Origin: Saccostrea cucullata
Taxonomy: Eukaryota
NCBI RefSeq assembly: GCF_032062105.1
Contig: NW_026929674.1
Coordinates: 62,001 to 126,000 of the forward strand
Direction of reading: 5' to 3'
DNA: 64,000 bases
The position numbers and the translations under genes are program-made. The notes beneath the pieces are model-generated. The model was given only the letters and a program-made list of their open reading frames with translations. It did no database searches and was not told where the DNA came from. Of the stretch, positions 12,316 to 24,157 are shown piece after piece. The stretch's first letter is position 1, and every line of letters begins with the position of its first letter.

Positions 12316-15300
12316 CATTGCTGAGTTTAAAGTAAAGGTCTACCCTAATTTGAAGAGGTTTAACACTAACATATCTCTATATTAGTAAAGAGCTTCAAAT
12401 TTAAGACAAAAACATTTATGCAGTAATGTTCCTTAACATGCATCTGGCATATAAAATGAATGAGACCTTAAAAACCTCACAGTACATGTTTACTTAGCTA
12501 AGTAAAGGTCTAAATTGATGCTATTCAACAATATATATCAACATCTCTAAGTATGTGAATGAGTGAAATTCTCAAATAAAAAATATTATAAATCAAAGTA
12601 TCAATAAGAAGCTGAACCTTACGTCGCAGGTTCCAATCCCATTGCTAAATGCTTTAGACAGGTTACTCCTATGAGACTGCATAAACCAAGATTCTGTGTC
12701 ACGGTAGGTGTTAGCACAAAATGGATCTCATACTTCTTAAAGGCAACAAGTGCTGAGTACAAGTCTATATTTGCAGCTAATACCATCCCAAGTGGTGGCA
12801 CCATGAAATGACTGAAAAATGTATGATTAAGGCAAATAAACAAACATTAAACCATTACAGCAGTCTTATCAATCAAAAAAGCAAACTTTCTATTATTACA
12901 ATTTTTTTAAACAAATTTCTTTTGCAATTTAACTGAGCAATATTTGTCCTTTTTTGTCAGTAAAGTATGATATTAAATAATTAAGACTTTTTGAGAACAT
13001 CTATTTATAGCGAGTCCAGACAGCAGCACAAATCCCTGCCCATAATGCGAGCTCTTATGATAACACCTTGGCAAAAGAAGATTGTGACTTGCACATTGCT
13101 CCACTCAATTTTTCCGCAGTATACTTTGGACCCACAGTGCTTAGCTTCTTTAACATGTTTAAGCTACATTCAAAATTCATTTCTATTTAATTTGAATTAG
13201 ATATCCTTACTCATGTTCACATGGAGCTAATGGGAAGTAATTTAACGACCAGTGAATTCATTCGAATTAAACATTTGAATAAACTCTCAGTGTGAACACT
13301 GAGCATGGATGCACCAAATGTCAAATGCGGCTTGACAAGCACAATCTAAATTAAAACTAAATAAGTATCTGCCCTCACCCTTACAGTCACACTGTCAATA
13401 TATAATTAGTTGAATATATCCTGTAACATTAAGTGCAGTTTGAATTATACAGTATGATCACTATGATAGATAGCAGGACTGTTGAAATTACATCCTCAAA
13501 TTAAAAAAAAATAAAATATAAAGCTGTGGGGATTTACAAGGCAAACAGAGAGCGTCTGAACTGTAAAACAGATAATATATCGGTGTGTCTGTGTATTTCT
13601 AATAACATCAATGTATGTCACTGTCATGTAATCAGTAGTGTAAATTTTAAGTAATAAAAATATTCTAACCTTCATTCCAATGGTCCAAGCCAATCCTACA
13701 TTAAAATGTCGCCGTCAGCTCTTTCATCACTCGATACAATTATCACTGGGGAATCCGAAGCAGAGTCAAGAGTGTTCATCCTTGTTAATGTGACAGTCAG
13801 AATTTCCTCGTAAACAATTCACACAAGATTCTTAGAATATATGAATCGGGATAATTCTGCTTAGAATAATGTTCCAGAGAAGTGACAAAGTACTTCGTAG
13901 CTGCAGATTAAATGAGTGTGCATGTCTACAAACGGATTCTTTGTGAGAAAATGTTCAACTTCACAAATCATTCTATTTTCAGTTTGTAAACCATGGCAAA
14001 CATGTGTCCGACGTCGACTCGAAGGGGCACACTAAAAACGGGATATACTAGAGACCGGATATTTACCTGAGGTTTTCATTTTTAATTAAATGGTAATATT
14101 GTATTTTAAATTACTTATGTACAGACTTTATGACTTCGAGGCATATGCTATACAAAAATTCAATTGTTTGGAACATTTACAGACAAATTTGAATCAGGTC
14201 AAATCAGTGTTTAGTACATCGCGTCTTTAGTACCTTCCTATTTCCCACAATGCTGCGCGTTGTTTACAAACAAGCGCGAAAAAATCCTCTAAACTAGGTA
14301 CTAATTATTGTTGTGTACATCATCACATTTTAAAATTATTTGAATAAAAAGAAAACAAAGAAACACCGAATCAAAACTATATCTTTTAGATGCATCAACT
14401 AAAAATGTGCACATGTATGCAGTAAAGGCTTGGCTGGCTATAGTAGACAACTTGTTCCTGAAAGGTTTCTCACATACATGTACTTGTTTTATATAAAAAA
14501 CAATTAAATATAGCTGGAAGTTTATTTCTTTTTATATCAAATGACAAGATTTTATAAGTTCGAAATTATTTCAGTCAAACTTTTTCATAATATACCAATA
14601 TTTTTAGCTATCAGAAAAAAGCGTGTATGAGCTATTAACCCCTAATTATAGGGGCCAGCCCCTTTTCGTTAATCAAATATGAAAGCTCTCGTAATTACCC
14701 ACAACTTTTGTAATATATTTCTTACCAAATTATTCTCGGTTTAAAAGTTATTACACAAAAAGTAGCAAAAATTCAAAGAAAAAAAAATATCTAAAATTTG
14801 CCGTTTTATAGCTTCCAAACTTTAAGAAATCAGCTATATAATTTTATCGTTGAGCACATCTACAATGTATTGGCTACAAGTTCTCCAACTTTCGTGTAAA
14901 TATCTTATGTCATTTTTGAGATTTTCAGTGGAAACGAGACATCAAAAATTTTCAATTAAAGGGCAATAACTCACAAATAAAGGCATGCATCAAAAAACTG
15001 AAAACAGGTTTAAATAGGTTTAACTACAAGCTATCTATCCTGAAAGTTTCATAACGATCAGTCCAAAGGTCTTTGAGAAATCGCCTGTCAAAAATCGAGC
15101 GGGAAAAAAAGAATAATAAGAAACAAAAGAATAACAGTAGGGTCTTCCGAAGGAAGCGGAAGACCCTAATGAGGAAAACATGATAATTCTTATTAGGAGG
15201 ATGAATAGTTGAACGAAAGGCAATAACAATTTAATGCTCCAAACCTTTGTAGCTGTTAAACCTGCTGAAATTTTTAGTATGATAGCCTAAATCAAAATTT

Positions 15301-15893
15301 AAATATGGTCAATAGGTTGCTGACGGTTATTTAAAAAAAATTAAATTTTAGTCACTGGAAAGTAATAAAATTAAAATTGTCTGAAGATATTTTATGATCA
15401 TTAGTTTGTTAAATGGTCAGGTTTTGGTAATATCATTAACGTTTTAAATGGCTTCATCAAATTTAATGACACTATTACGTCGATGCAATAATAATAATGA
15501 ACGAACGAGTGACACAAATAAAATGTTAAATACAGGAATTTAATTGTCCTTGAAAAAAAATATCAGCTTTGCGATTTTCTATACAGAATCGAAAACACTT
15601 GTTAACCTGTTTGTTGTAAGAACCACTAGCCATGTTTTGGACGATGTTACAACATGAGTTCTCAGATTTCCTGTGGCTTTTATCTCTCCAGTGGTGCAGG
15701 TCAGATGTTAATTTCACAATTAAAGGTAAGTAATGGTTTGTGATAGTAAGTTTCTTCTTTTTGACATGTGATTGATGACAGGTTTGGTCTCGTGAAGCAA
15801 TAAGGCTTCTTAAATTTATTCAACGTCCGGGACAAAACATTTTACTTTTAATTAAAATTTAGGTGTTAGGCGTAGTAGGTTTATGGACAGAAA

Positions 15894-16288
15894 ATGAACA
15901 GATGTTTGTTGGTCCTTTTGCTGACTTTGTACCATGCAGAAGGGTGGATCTCGGACACCAGACGGAGTAGACTAGGGAGTGTAGAATCTGATGGAAGAAC
16001 AAGTAAAGGGGGCCTAATGGCAAACTTTGAACTGAAACTGAAAGGCACAGAAGAGATAAATGGAGGCACAGTGACTAGATTCGAAGTGAAGATCAATGAC
16101 AGGGCAACCAAAACATTGGAAGGAACTGAGGATTTCAGACTGAATTTAAAGGATAACAAAGAAGAGAAGAGAAAATCAAAGTCCGGTTTCAGATTAGAAT
16201 CAAATGACAACAATGTTACGGGGAAAAGAACAGTGGACGATTTCAAACTAGACTTGGATGATAAAGACCACAAGCATGAACATAAAGA
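15894..16288 (+). CDS. Distal first coding exon (signal peptide plus charged repeat segment), probably of the EMI-domain membrane protein gene
   Basis: MNRCLLVLLLTLYHAEG signal peptide. Acceptor tttag at 15862, upstream non-coding donor AAAG/gtaagt at 15725, donor GA/gtaagt at 16288. Phase 2 matches exon 39535. Confidence 0.75.
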
Positions 16289-17535
16289 GTAAGTATGCGA
16301 CGTAATGTACTGCTGGTAGAACCATTTGTTATATGAACATTCCAAGGTTACATGCTCCATAGAAAAATAAGGTTAATGTGTTTTATAAAGAATTAATTGT
16401 TTACACATAACTGGATACTTTCTAAACTTACTATATGATTACTTTTACTATATAATGTTTCTTCATGGAGATTGCCTTTTGTGACTTTTTAAATTATATT
16501 TTGAGGGTTATTAAGAATGCATTGTCGAAATTAAACACATTTAATTTGGACAGATATGTTTCAAAAATTGAAACATTTTTTGGAAGAAGGGCATTGACCC
16601 TCCTTTCCATCATTACATTTCGGACAAAATTTCATAATTTTAATTTTTGACTGTAAATGACAGTCAATACTGCACTCATTTTTACAATTCTGAATATATT
16701 CCATGTCAAGTCTTTCTTAAAAACTAGTCCCATATGTTCATTTAAAAAGTAGTCACGAAATAAAATGTTACTTTGTTTTAGATATATGAGTAATATATTA
16801 TCTACTATACATAAACCAATATGCATTAATTATGAGTTTGGTTTCCTGATCATGAAGTGAAACATTTGATTTAAGAAATGATTTACTTGAATTAGAGAAC
16901 TGCCACTGAAAGGAAGTAAGAAAAACCCATCAATCTTTCTGTTTAGCATTTAGGAATTTTCTTAATTGATACCTGGAAGGAAAATGACATCAGTTACATT
17001 TTTTGATACTTAAAAAGGTTAAAAAACGGAAATCTCTGTTTGTTTTCATATCAAAATAGACTCATCTTTTGTAAACGTTATTGTTGTTTCTTTTTTTTAT
17101 TAATATCAAATCAGGATGCAAGTATTAAAAATAAAAGTTTTGTTTTCGTGTCAATTATATGCGTATAGTAATGAAGAAATTAAATTGTTGTATGGAGAAC
17201 AAAACACTTTATTGTATTGCCCTTCTGTAATATATAAATGCCCCTGAAAATTCATTCAAATCAGAAAAAGAAAAATACCAATTAAGATAATTTGTTTGAA
17301 CAATACAGAAAATTCTCTATATAATAATTTCAAAGAAGCAAATTTTCAAATTTGATTTTTTGTGAATCTTTTAACCAGTTTACCAGTTTATTAACATCTC
17401 TTTGGTTGTTATTTAACAACACAGAGATCAATACATATTAATATAACATATATACATACATGCGTGAGCATAACATATAACATATATACAAAGTGTGTTT
17501 ATAATCAAGTATTTCCATATATGTTTACATTGATG

Positions 17536-20500
17536 TTAACCTGGAGGTTTGACTCTCTCGTTTAAAATTTTAATAAAAGAACAGAGTTTACTCAATAGTC
17601 CAACATTTTTTGAAGAAAACAATTCATTAAATTTGATAATATTTGGTCTTGTAAAATAATATTTCGGAATGTACAATTTTCTTTCATCTTTTAATTTTTC
17701 ACAACATAAAATATAGTGGAATTCATCACCAAGATCATTTTTGCATAAAAGACAAATTCTATTAATTCTTTCAATACCTTCCCATCTTCCTGTTTCAATG
17801 GGTAATTTATGGTTTGCTGTTCTAAATCTAGCTAAAATTTGTTTCTTATAATTATTTAACCTGCTATCTACATAAAATTGACATCCAAAGTGTAAATTTG
17901 TAAATAGATTATATGTCACACCTTTTGAAGAATCTTTACAGGTTGAATTCCAATTTTGTTGAAACTGATCTAATAATTTTTGCTTCAAACTTTTAATAAG
18001 CCAATTTCTATTAAATAATTGATTCTGGTTCCAAATATTACTATATCCACAATTGTCTAAAATTGATTTCAAATTCTTTAACCATTTAGATTCATGTCCA
18101 TTATCAAATTTTGCACGAAGTAATTTATACATTAAACAACAATATTTTGATTGTTTTCCATATAAAATTTTTGACCAGTATGCAATAATTCTTGTTTTGA
18201 TATGTATACTTAAAGGTACTCTACCTAATTCACCATAGATCATAAAATTTGGAGTACTTGGTTTTAAATGAAAGAGCATTTTACAAAATTTTAAATGTAC
18301 TCTTTCTATCATTTCAACATTACCATAACCCCACACTTCACAACCATACAATAAAATTGGAATTACAATCTTGTCGAACAAATACAATTGGTCATAAAGA
18401 GAAAGATGTAATTGGTTACCCTTTTTTAAAATACCATACATAGCTTTCGTTGCTCTTTCAGTAGCATATTGTTTTGTCTTAATAAATGAGCCTGTTGTTG
18501 AGAATATAATTCCTAGATATTTGAAATGTTTAACAATTTCAATTTCTTTGTTATTGTAATAAAAAACTTTATGCGGTATACGTCCCTTTGAAAAAATCAT
18601 TATTTTTGTTTTTTCTATATTAACTTCTAGCTTCCATTTTTCACAATACAATAAAAAAACTGTGCAACTGATTCTGTAAATCTTCGGTTGATTCCGATAG
18701 TAAAACTGTATCATCTGCATACAAAATAATCAGCATTTTTAACAAGACACCAAGTTCTTTTTCAATCTCATTTGATATTGTTGAGATACCAATATTGTTA
18801 TGTGCAATTAAAAAAGATTCTACATCATTCAGAAATAAAGCAAATAAAAAGGGCGATAAGTTTTCCCCTTGTCGTACCCCTATTTTGCATGGAAAATATT
18901 CAGTAACCATATCATTAACAGCTATTCTGGATTTACTCTCAGAGTACATTTTCACTATAACTTCAAAACATTTTCCGGTAATATTATTTTGAATGAGTTT
19001 TTGCCACAGTCCTATTCTCCATACATTGTCAAAAGCAGCCTTAAAATCTATAAATGCACAATATAGTTTCTTTTTCAATAAAAAGGATAATTCGATTAGC
19101 GATTGTAAAGTAAAAATGTTATCTATTGTAGAATAATTTGATCTGAAACCCCCTTGATTTTCATTTAGTATATCATATTGCTCAGCATAATTATTTAATC
19201 GTTTAGCTAAGATGGATGTGAATAATTTACCCATGCAACTTAATAAAGTTATAGGTCTATAGTTTTCAGGGTCATTGTCGTTCCCCTTATTTTTATAAAT
19301 AGGCAATATATCACCAACAATCCAAGCTTCAGGTAAAATTGCTGAGTTAAAAACAATATTAAATAACATAACATATACCGGTAACATAATACTAGCAGAG
19401 GATTTTATGTATTCATTATAAATTTCATCACTTCCAGAACTTTTGTTATTTTTAATATTTTCAATTGCGTGTTTTATCTCATCTTCAGTTATCACTGAGT
19501 CTAGTTCTTCATTAGTATATGTATTTCTAATCTCATTTGATAGTGGTTCGTCATTATTTACATCACCATTATTGACGTTTTTAAAGTAATTGTAAAATTC
19601 ATCAATATTAATATCACATTTTTTGTTGTTCGGCCTTTTATTAATTATTTTCCAATAACTTTTTGGATCGTTACTTCTCAGTTTTCTAATTTTTTTCATA
19701 ATTAAATTTCTATGTTTTTTCATACTTTTATCCATAGTATTTTTATATTTACGTTCATTGATACGTACTTCTTCTTTTAAGATGCTTGAACGATATTTCC
19801 TAAACATTCGTTTTGATTTCCTATATTTTTTTTGTGCTATTTTGCATTCTTTATCAAACCATTCTTTTCTTTTCTGTGGTAGTTTATTGTGAGTTTGGCG
19901 AGCATTAAATATTCCAAAAGTTGTGCGTGCCGAGTCAAGCAGTAGACCTACAGTGTCTGAAAAGATTTCATTAACCTGATTTTTATTTAAATCATTGATA
20001 TCAATATTGCTCAAGTCATATTTTAATTTTCTTAGAACATTTAAATCAATATTTTGACAAAATTCTTCTGTTTTTTCATTATCCCATGGTTTTATCTTCT
20101 GACATGAAAAATTATTTTTATTTGTCTTACTTTCTTCTTTAGTTTGGTAGTTATCATTTGAGATATATGAGTTCACACTTATTTCACAAAGTAGTGGCAT
20201 ATGGATATCAGAATATAACCTATTGAATTCTAGTACAGAAAAATTTTGCACATGTTTCAAAAATTCAACACTACATATACAATAATCGACCACACTTGAT
20301 TTTGTTGTAGTAAATTTACCCTCTTCTAATCTTCCATTCAATAAATACATATTGTTATTTTTACAAAAATTTAATAAATTGTTTCCAAAATTATTCTTTG
20401 TTTTATCTAATGATTTTCGTTTCCTTGGTACATTTATCTTTTGTAATTCAAATACATTTGAGAGACAGTCTAAACTGGGATCATCTAACTCAAATTCTTG

Positions 20501-21049
20501 ATTTGATATGTCATCTGGTTCAATAAAATCATCTCTATCAGAAGTTCTTGCATTAAAATCTCCAATTAGGCATATATGGCTAAATTCACTCTGTAAATTC
20601 AAAAATTCAAGTTCAATTTCTTCAAAAGCTTCCCTTGAACTATATATAGAACTTTCTGGTGGTATATAAACAACACCTAAAATCAAGTCTTTATCTGAAT
20701 TAATTAAAGAAGATTTTAATCTTAACCAGTGAACAAATTTACAATCTGTGTGAACGATAGTTACATAATCTTTGATAGATTTTTTGTATCCAATTACAAT
20801 ACCACCAGAACGTCTGTTTGAAAATCCGTGCCTATTTTTAGCATCAAACAAAAAATAATTGTGATCAATCGGTGTAGTATCATCAGTTTTTGTCTCTGTA
20901 AAACACAATATATCAAAGGAAGAGATAAATGTTGAAAATTCTGGATAATTTATGCGTCTACTTAAACCACAAACGTTTAATCCTAAGATTTTAAGTTTGC
21001 AATCAGTTCCAGTGGATGAATCGAGAGAGTCGGTTGGATCACTGTCCAC
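17536..21049 (-). CDS. LINE ORF2 (APE endonuclease plus reverse transcriptase), split by one frameshift at ~18653-18659
   Basis: EN motifs LNVCGL, FTET, VYIPP, GDFNART, SDIH. RT motifs NYRPITLL, FIDFKAAFD, GVRQGENLSPFLF, LYADD, FKYLGI. Removing one T from the T7 run (- strand) joins 18641-21049 to 17536-18720 (..LHSFLLYCEKW..). Confidence 0.92.
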
Positions 21050-21085
21050 TAAATTGTCACGTGGTAGATTTCCTCCTAGGTTATC

Positions 21086-22336
21086 CTACCTTTGACTTAC
21101 TGAGCCGCGTCTGTTGAATGGTCGAAATTCACGGGCCATTGGAGTTAGGCGCGGATCTACGTTGTGTGGTGCCGCTGGTGCGTTATATGGGTTTTCCTGA
21201 CCGAAATCTGTCGCCACGAATCGCTCGCCGTTGATATAGAGTTTATCCATAACCAGTTGCGCTTTGATGCCCTGTCGTTTAGCTTCTTTGTAATGCGGGT
21301 ATAATATTTTCCGGTTATCGTTTATTTCCTTGGGAAATTGCTCGAATACACTGAAATCTGCGTTGCCTTGATCGCCTCGTTCCCGAAGATCGGTGATCAC
21401 CGTGATTGCAGTTTTTCGGACCTTTTCACGATCCTTAAAGTTTACAAATTTTGCCACAACTGCCCGAGATTTTGCCTCTTGCTTCCGGCCCATACGATGT
21501 ACTCGATGAAATGGAATTTCATCCGTTATTCCGAGTTTTTCAGAAATGAACGCTTTTAGTGCCTGCTCACATTGTTCTGATGTTTCATCTTTTGGTTCAT
21601 GAATTCCCACAAATATAAGGTTGTCACGCATGGACCTTGCTTGTAATTCATTTTGCTGGTCTTTTAGATCTAACATTTTTTTTGTCATAATAGTCATTTG
21701 TTTTCTAAGTGCCTCACTCTCTTTTTCTAAGTTCTCATGTATTTTTTTGGATCTCTTCATTTCTGCTACTATCTCTTTTGATGTTTCTTCATTCTCATCT
21801 AACTTTTCACTAGTGAATATAATGTTTTTTTCAATGTCTGACATTTTTGTTTTCAATTCAAGCACGTCAGTTGTGACAGTATTCATTGTTACTTCAAATT
21901 TGCTGATTCTAGATTCAATTTGATCAAGTTTATCCAATTTTTGGCAAACTTTGTCCAATGTTTTGGCCAAATTGTCTATTTTATTACCATAATCAATTGG
22001 CTGTAATCCACCCTGATATTGTTGTACCTGTTGTACAGGGTGAACAGGCGCTACAGGTGAGAAACTGTAATTCATTACCGGCAATTGAGACATTTGTGGT
22101 ATTTGGTATGTATTATTTTGATTGTTCTGCATACTCTGTTGATTGTTTATTGGAGTTGAGAATAACGGTTGCGAGATTCTTTGTGTGTCTACATTGTCTT
22201 GAGAAGTACTCATAACACTTACTTTTCTTTGTTGCGCTTCACTGCTCAAATCTGGGCCTTCTTTTCTTTTCTTCCCTTTCTTAGATTTATTTCCATTAGA
22301 ACCGCTGGATCCACTTCCAGATGTTTTAGGCCTCAT
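21086..22336 (-). CDS. LINE ORF1 protein (coiled coil plus L1-type RRM/CTD, 416 aa)
   Basis: Long heptad region followed by RSMRDNLIFVGI..FHRVHRMG..RAVVAKF...DREKV..VFEQFPKEI motifs typical of L1/Tnp_22-like ORF1. Confidence 0.88.
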   Translation of the reverse strand: MRPKTSGSGSSGSNGNKSKKGKKRKEGPDLSSEAQQRKVSVMSTSQDNVDTQRISQPLFSTPINNQQSMQNNQNNTYQIPQMSQLPVMNYSFSPVAPVHPVQQVQQYQGGLQPIDYGNKIDNLAKTLDKVCQKLDKLDQIESRISKFEVTMNTVTTDVLELKTKMSDIEKNIIFTSEKLDENEETSKEIVAEMKRSKKIHENLEKESEALRKQMTIMTKKMLDLKDQQNELQARSMRDNLIFVGIHEPKDETSEQCEQALKAFISEKLGITDEIPFHRVHRMGRKQEAKSRAVVAKFVNFKDREKVRKTAITVITDLRERGDQGNADFSVFEQFPKEINDNRKILYPHYKEAKRQGIKAQLVMDKLYINGERFVATDFGQENPYNAPAAPHNVDPRLTPMAREFRPFNRRGSVSQR

Positions 22337-22523
22337 AACACGCAGTTGAAATCATTCGGTAAATCCCCCAAAGTTTGTTAATTTTAAACTTAAGATATCT
22401 TATAGTCAGAGCTCGAAAAATCATGACTCTCATTCAGCTCACGCATGCGCAACCGAAATCTTAATATTACAATTGGTAAAATTAAGATTACTATTAATTA
22501 TCTATTGATTAAAATCTTGTCAT

Positions 22524-22594
22524 ATGTGGATCATACGAATTTCTGTCCTTGAACTTCTTGGCAGTTTGTCATTATTATATGGACTTTTAATAAG
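22524..22594 (+). CDS. Candidate alternative first exon encoding a signal-peptide-like segment (MWIIRISVLELLGSLSLLYGLLI)
   Basis: ATG at 22524, open hydrophobic frame, perfect donor AAG/gtaagt at 22594, phase 2, compatible with exon 39535. Confidence 0.45.
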
Positions 22595-24157
22595 GTAAGT
22601 CAATAATTAAATCATATGACTCATTTTCATTTAACTTGACAATAAATGATTCATAACAAATGATATTCGATTAAACATGTTGATAATCATTCATATGGTG
22701 GAAATCATAAACTTTATACGTATGTCAATACTTACTTCTGTGTATTCTTAATCAATGGTATATAATACCAATTTGACGTAAAACAATATGATAGCAGAAT
22801 CCTTTTTCTATACCCATTACATTGACTTTCCTTGGGTATGTTCCTGTAATTATGTATACAGTAACTGTTTATACCCCGTTTATGAGTTTTGAAGTATACC
22901 ATAAGATGTGGTATTGGTTAAAAAATGATGAAGATTGTAAAATAAGAAGATGTTAACAGCGCATACATCAAGGACTACTGAAGTTTCCATAGAAGGGATC
23001 GGGTGCCTAGTAGGAGAAAGTTTCCCATGTGGACCGATTACACCTGACCGCCGTAAGCTCTATGTATTGATCAGAAATATCGCAATGCTAATTGAAGAAT
23101 TTTTGAGGACAGATTTACTACTCACACCTATCTCTTTTTTAGTGTAAGGTTTTGAATTTAAGGAAATATTATGACATGCGAGTTATTCAATTGGATTCAA
23201 CTTCAATGTAATCACAACGGATGTCATGATCACAGGCGTCTGGATGAACAATATTAAACTGTACATATACACTAGTTTGTTAGTCGTCCAAAATTTAGAA
23301 AATTTCATGTTTAATCAAACAGAGAAAAACGCATATCAACATATTTTTAAACACGCTCGGAATTTGTCATTGGTTTGTCAATCAATGCCCTGTTCACACG
23401 GAGAATTTAATTCGAATTAAACGTAAATTTACTGCGAATTAGCTTCGCTTAGCGTTCACACGGAGAATTTAATGCGAATTAGTTTACTTCGCATTAGTTT
23501 ACTGCGCATTAAATTACTTCGCATTAGCTCCGTGTGAACGCAAAGCGAAGCTAATTCGAATTAAATTTTGGCGCATGCGTAAGGGTAGAAATGGGTCAAA
23601 TACCACCTGCCAGTGGTCAGATATGGGTACCAATACATTTTCTGGGTAAGAAATGAAGAAAATCATGCTACTCTCTCCAAAAAATGCAATGATTTTATGT
23701 ATTTTTCAATATGTAGGCTACATGTATATCTCAGCCTACCTTATATTTTCTGCACCTTTACTCTATTTTCAAAGGTTTATTCCATGCACATATAGGCCTA
23801 TTTAATTATTTTGATTATAAAAAAAAAAGTAAAAATAAAACTGAGATAAAACAGTATTGTCATCAGGTATAAAGGGATATTATGTCTATACCCTTTCTAA
23901 TGTTTTGACATAAAGTAATGCTGTAATAAAAAGACACACAAATGATTTATCAACGCATTAAATCAGACACAAAAGCCCCCCCCCCTTAAAGAAAAATGAC
24001 CTCCGATAATTTGCTTAAGATTCACAGAGAAATCTACCATGGAGATTCTTTTCATTGATAAAATTATGTCGTGAATTTTGGAGCCGTATGACGTCAAAAA
24101 ATATTATTTTGCGCAATATGCATAAAAATTACGTCATAAAGTGCACTTGGCATAATA

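Larger units (their letters stand above)
9560..15170 (-). mobile_element. Non-autonomous Helentron (Helitron2-type), ~5.6 kb, copy 2, both ends present
   Basis: On the - strand the 5' end is the palindrome ATTAGGGTCTTCCG-cttcctt-CGGAAGACCCTA (15138-15170). The 3' end has the asymmetric subTIR GGAAGACCC (9593-9601), hairpin TCGTTGC-ttt-GCAACGA (9574-9590) and terminal CTAGTT. This is the Helentron asymmetric-TIR plus hairpin architecture. No transposase ORF. Confidence 0.8.
17373..22460 (-). mobile_element. Near full-length non-LTR retrotransposon, RTE-X-like
   Basis: ORF1 plus APE-RT ORF2. 3' end is AATAAA followed by a short (AAACTGGT)2 tail (17374-17392). 5' end is about 22460 (GC-richer leader gcgcatgcgtgag). 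No unambiguous TSD. Clade is inferred from the C-terminal HKLPIETGRW...C..C...GDEFHYIL.C motif. Confidence 0.88.

Noticed and set aside
532-13693. Pairs of identical short ORFs (532/10942, 6620/12619, 7431/12991, 7942/13496) suggesting conserved small genes
   Set aside because: The identity is explained by the recent Helentron duplication. No coding hallmarks, and one lies antisense in a SINE relic.
15881-16360. 159-aa - strand ORF
   Set aside because: Antisense shadow of the signal-peptide exon; Ser/Leu/Phe-rich with no splice support.
17360-22465. AATCTT or TTAA as the LINE target-site duplication
   Set aside because: Too short and AT-rich to distinguish from chance, and the 5' boundary is uncertain.
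22950-23143. ORF ending at a phase-2 GT/gtaagg, a possible fourth first exon
   Set aside because: No signal peptide and a weak exonic donor context. Cannot be supported without transcripts.
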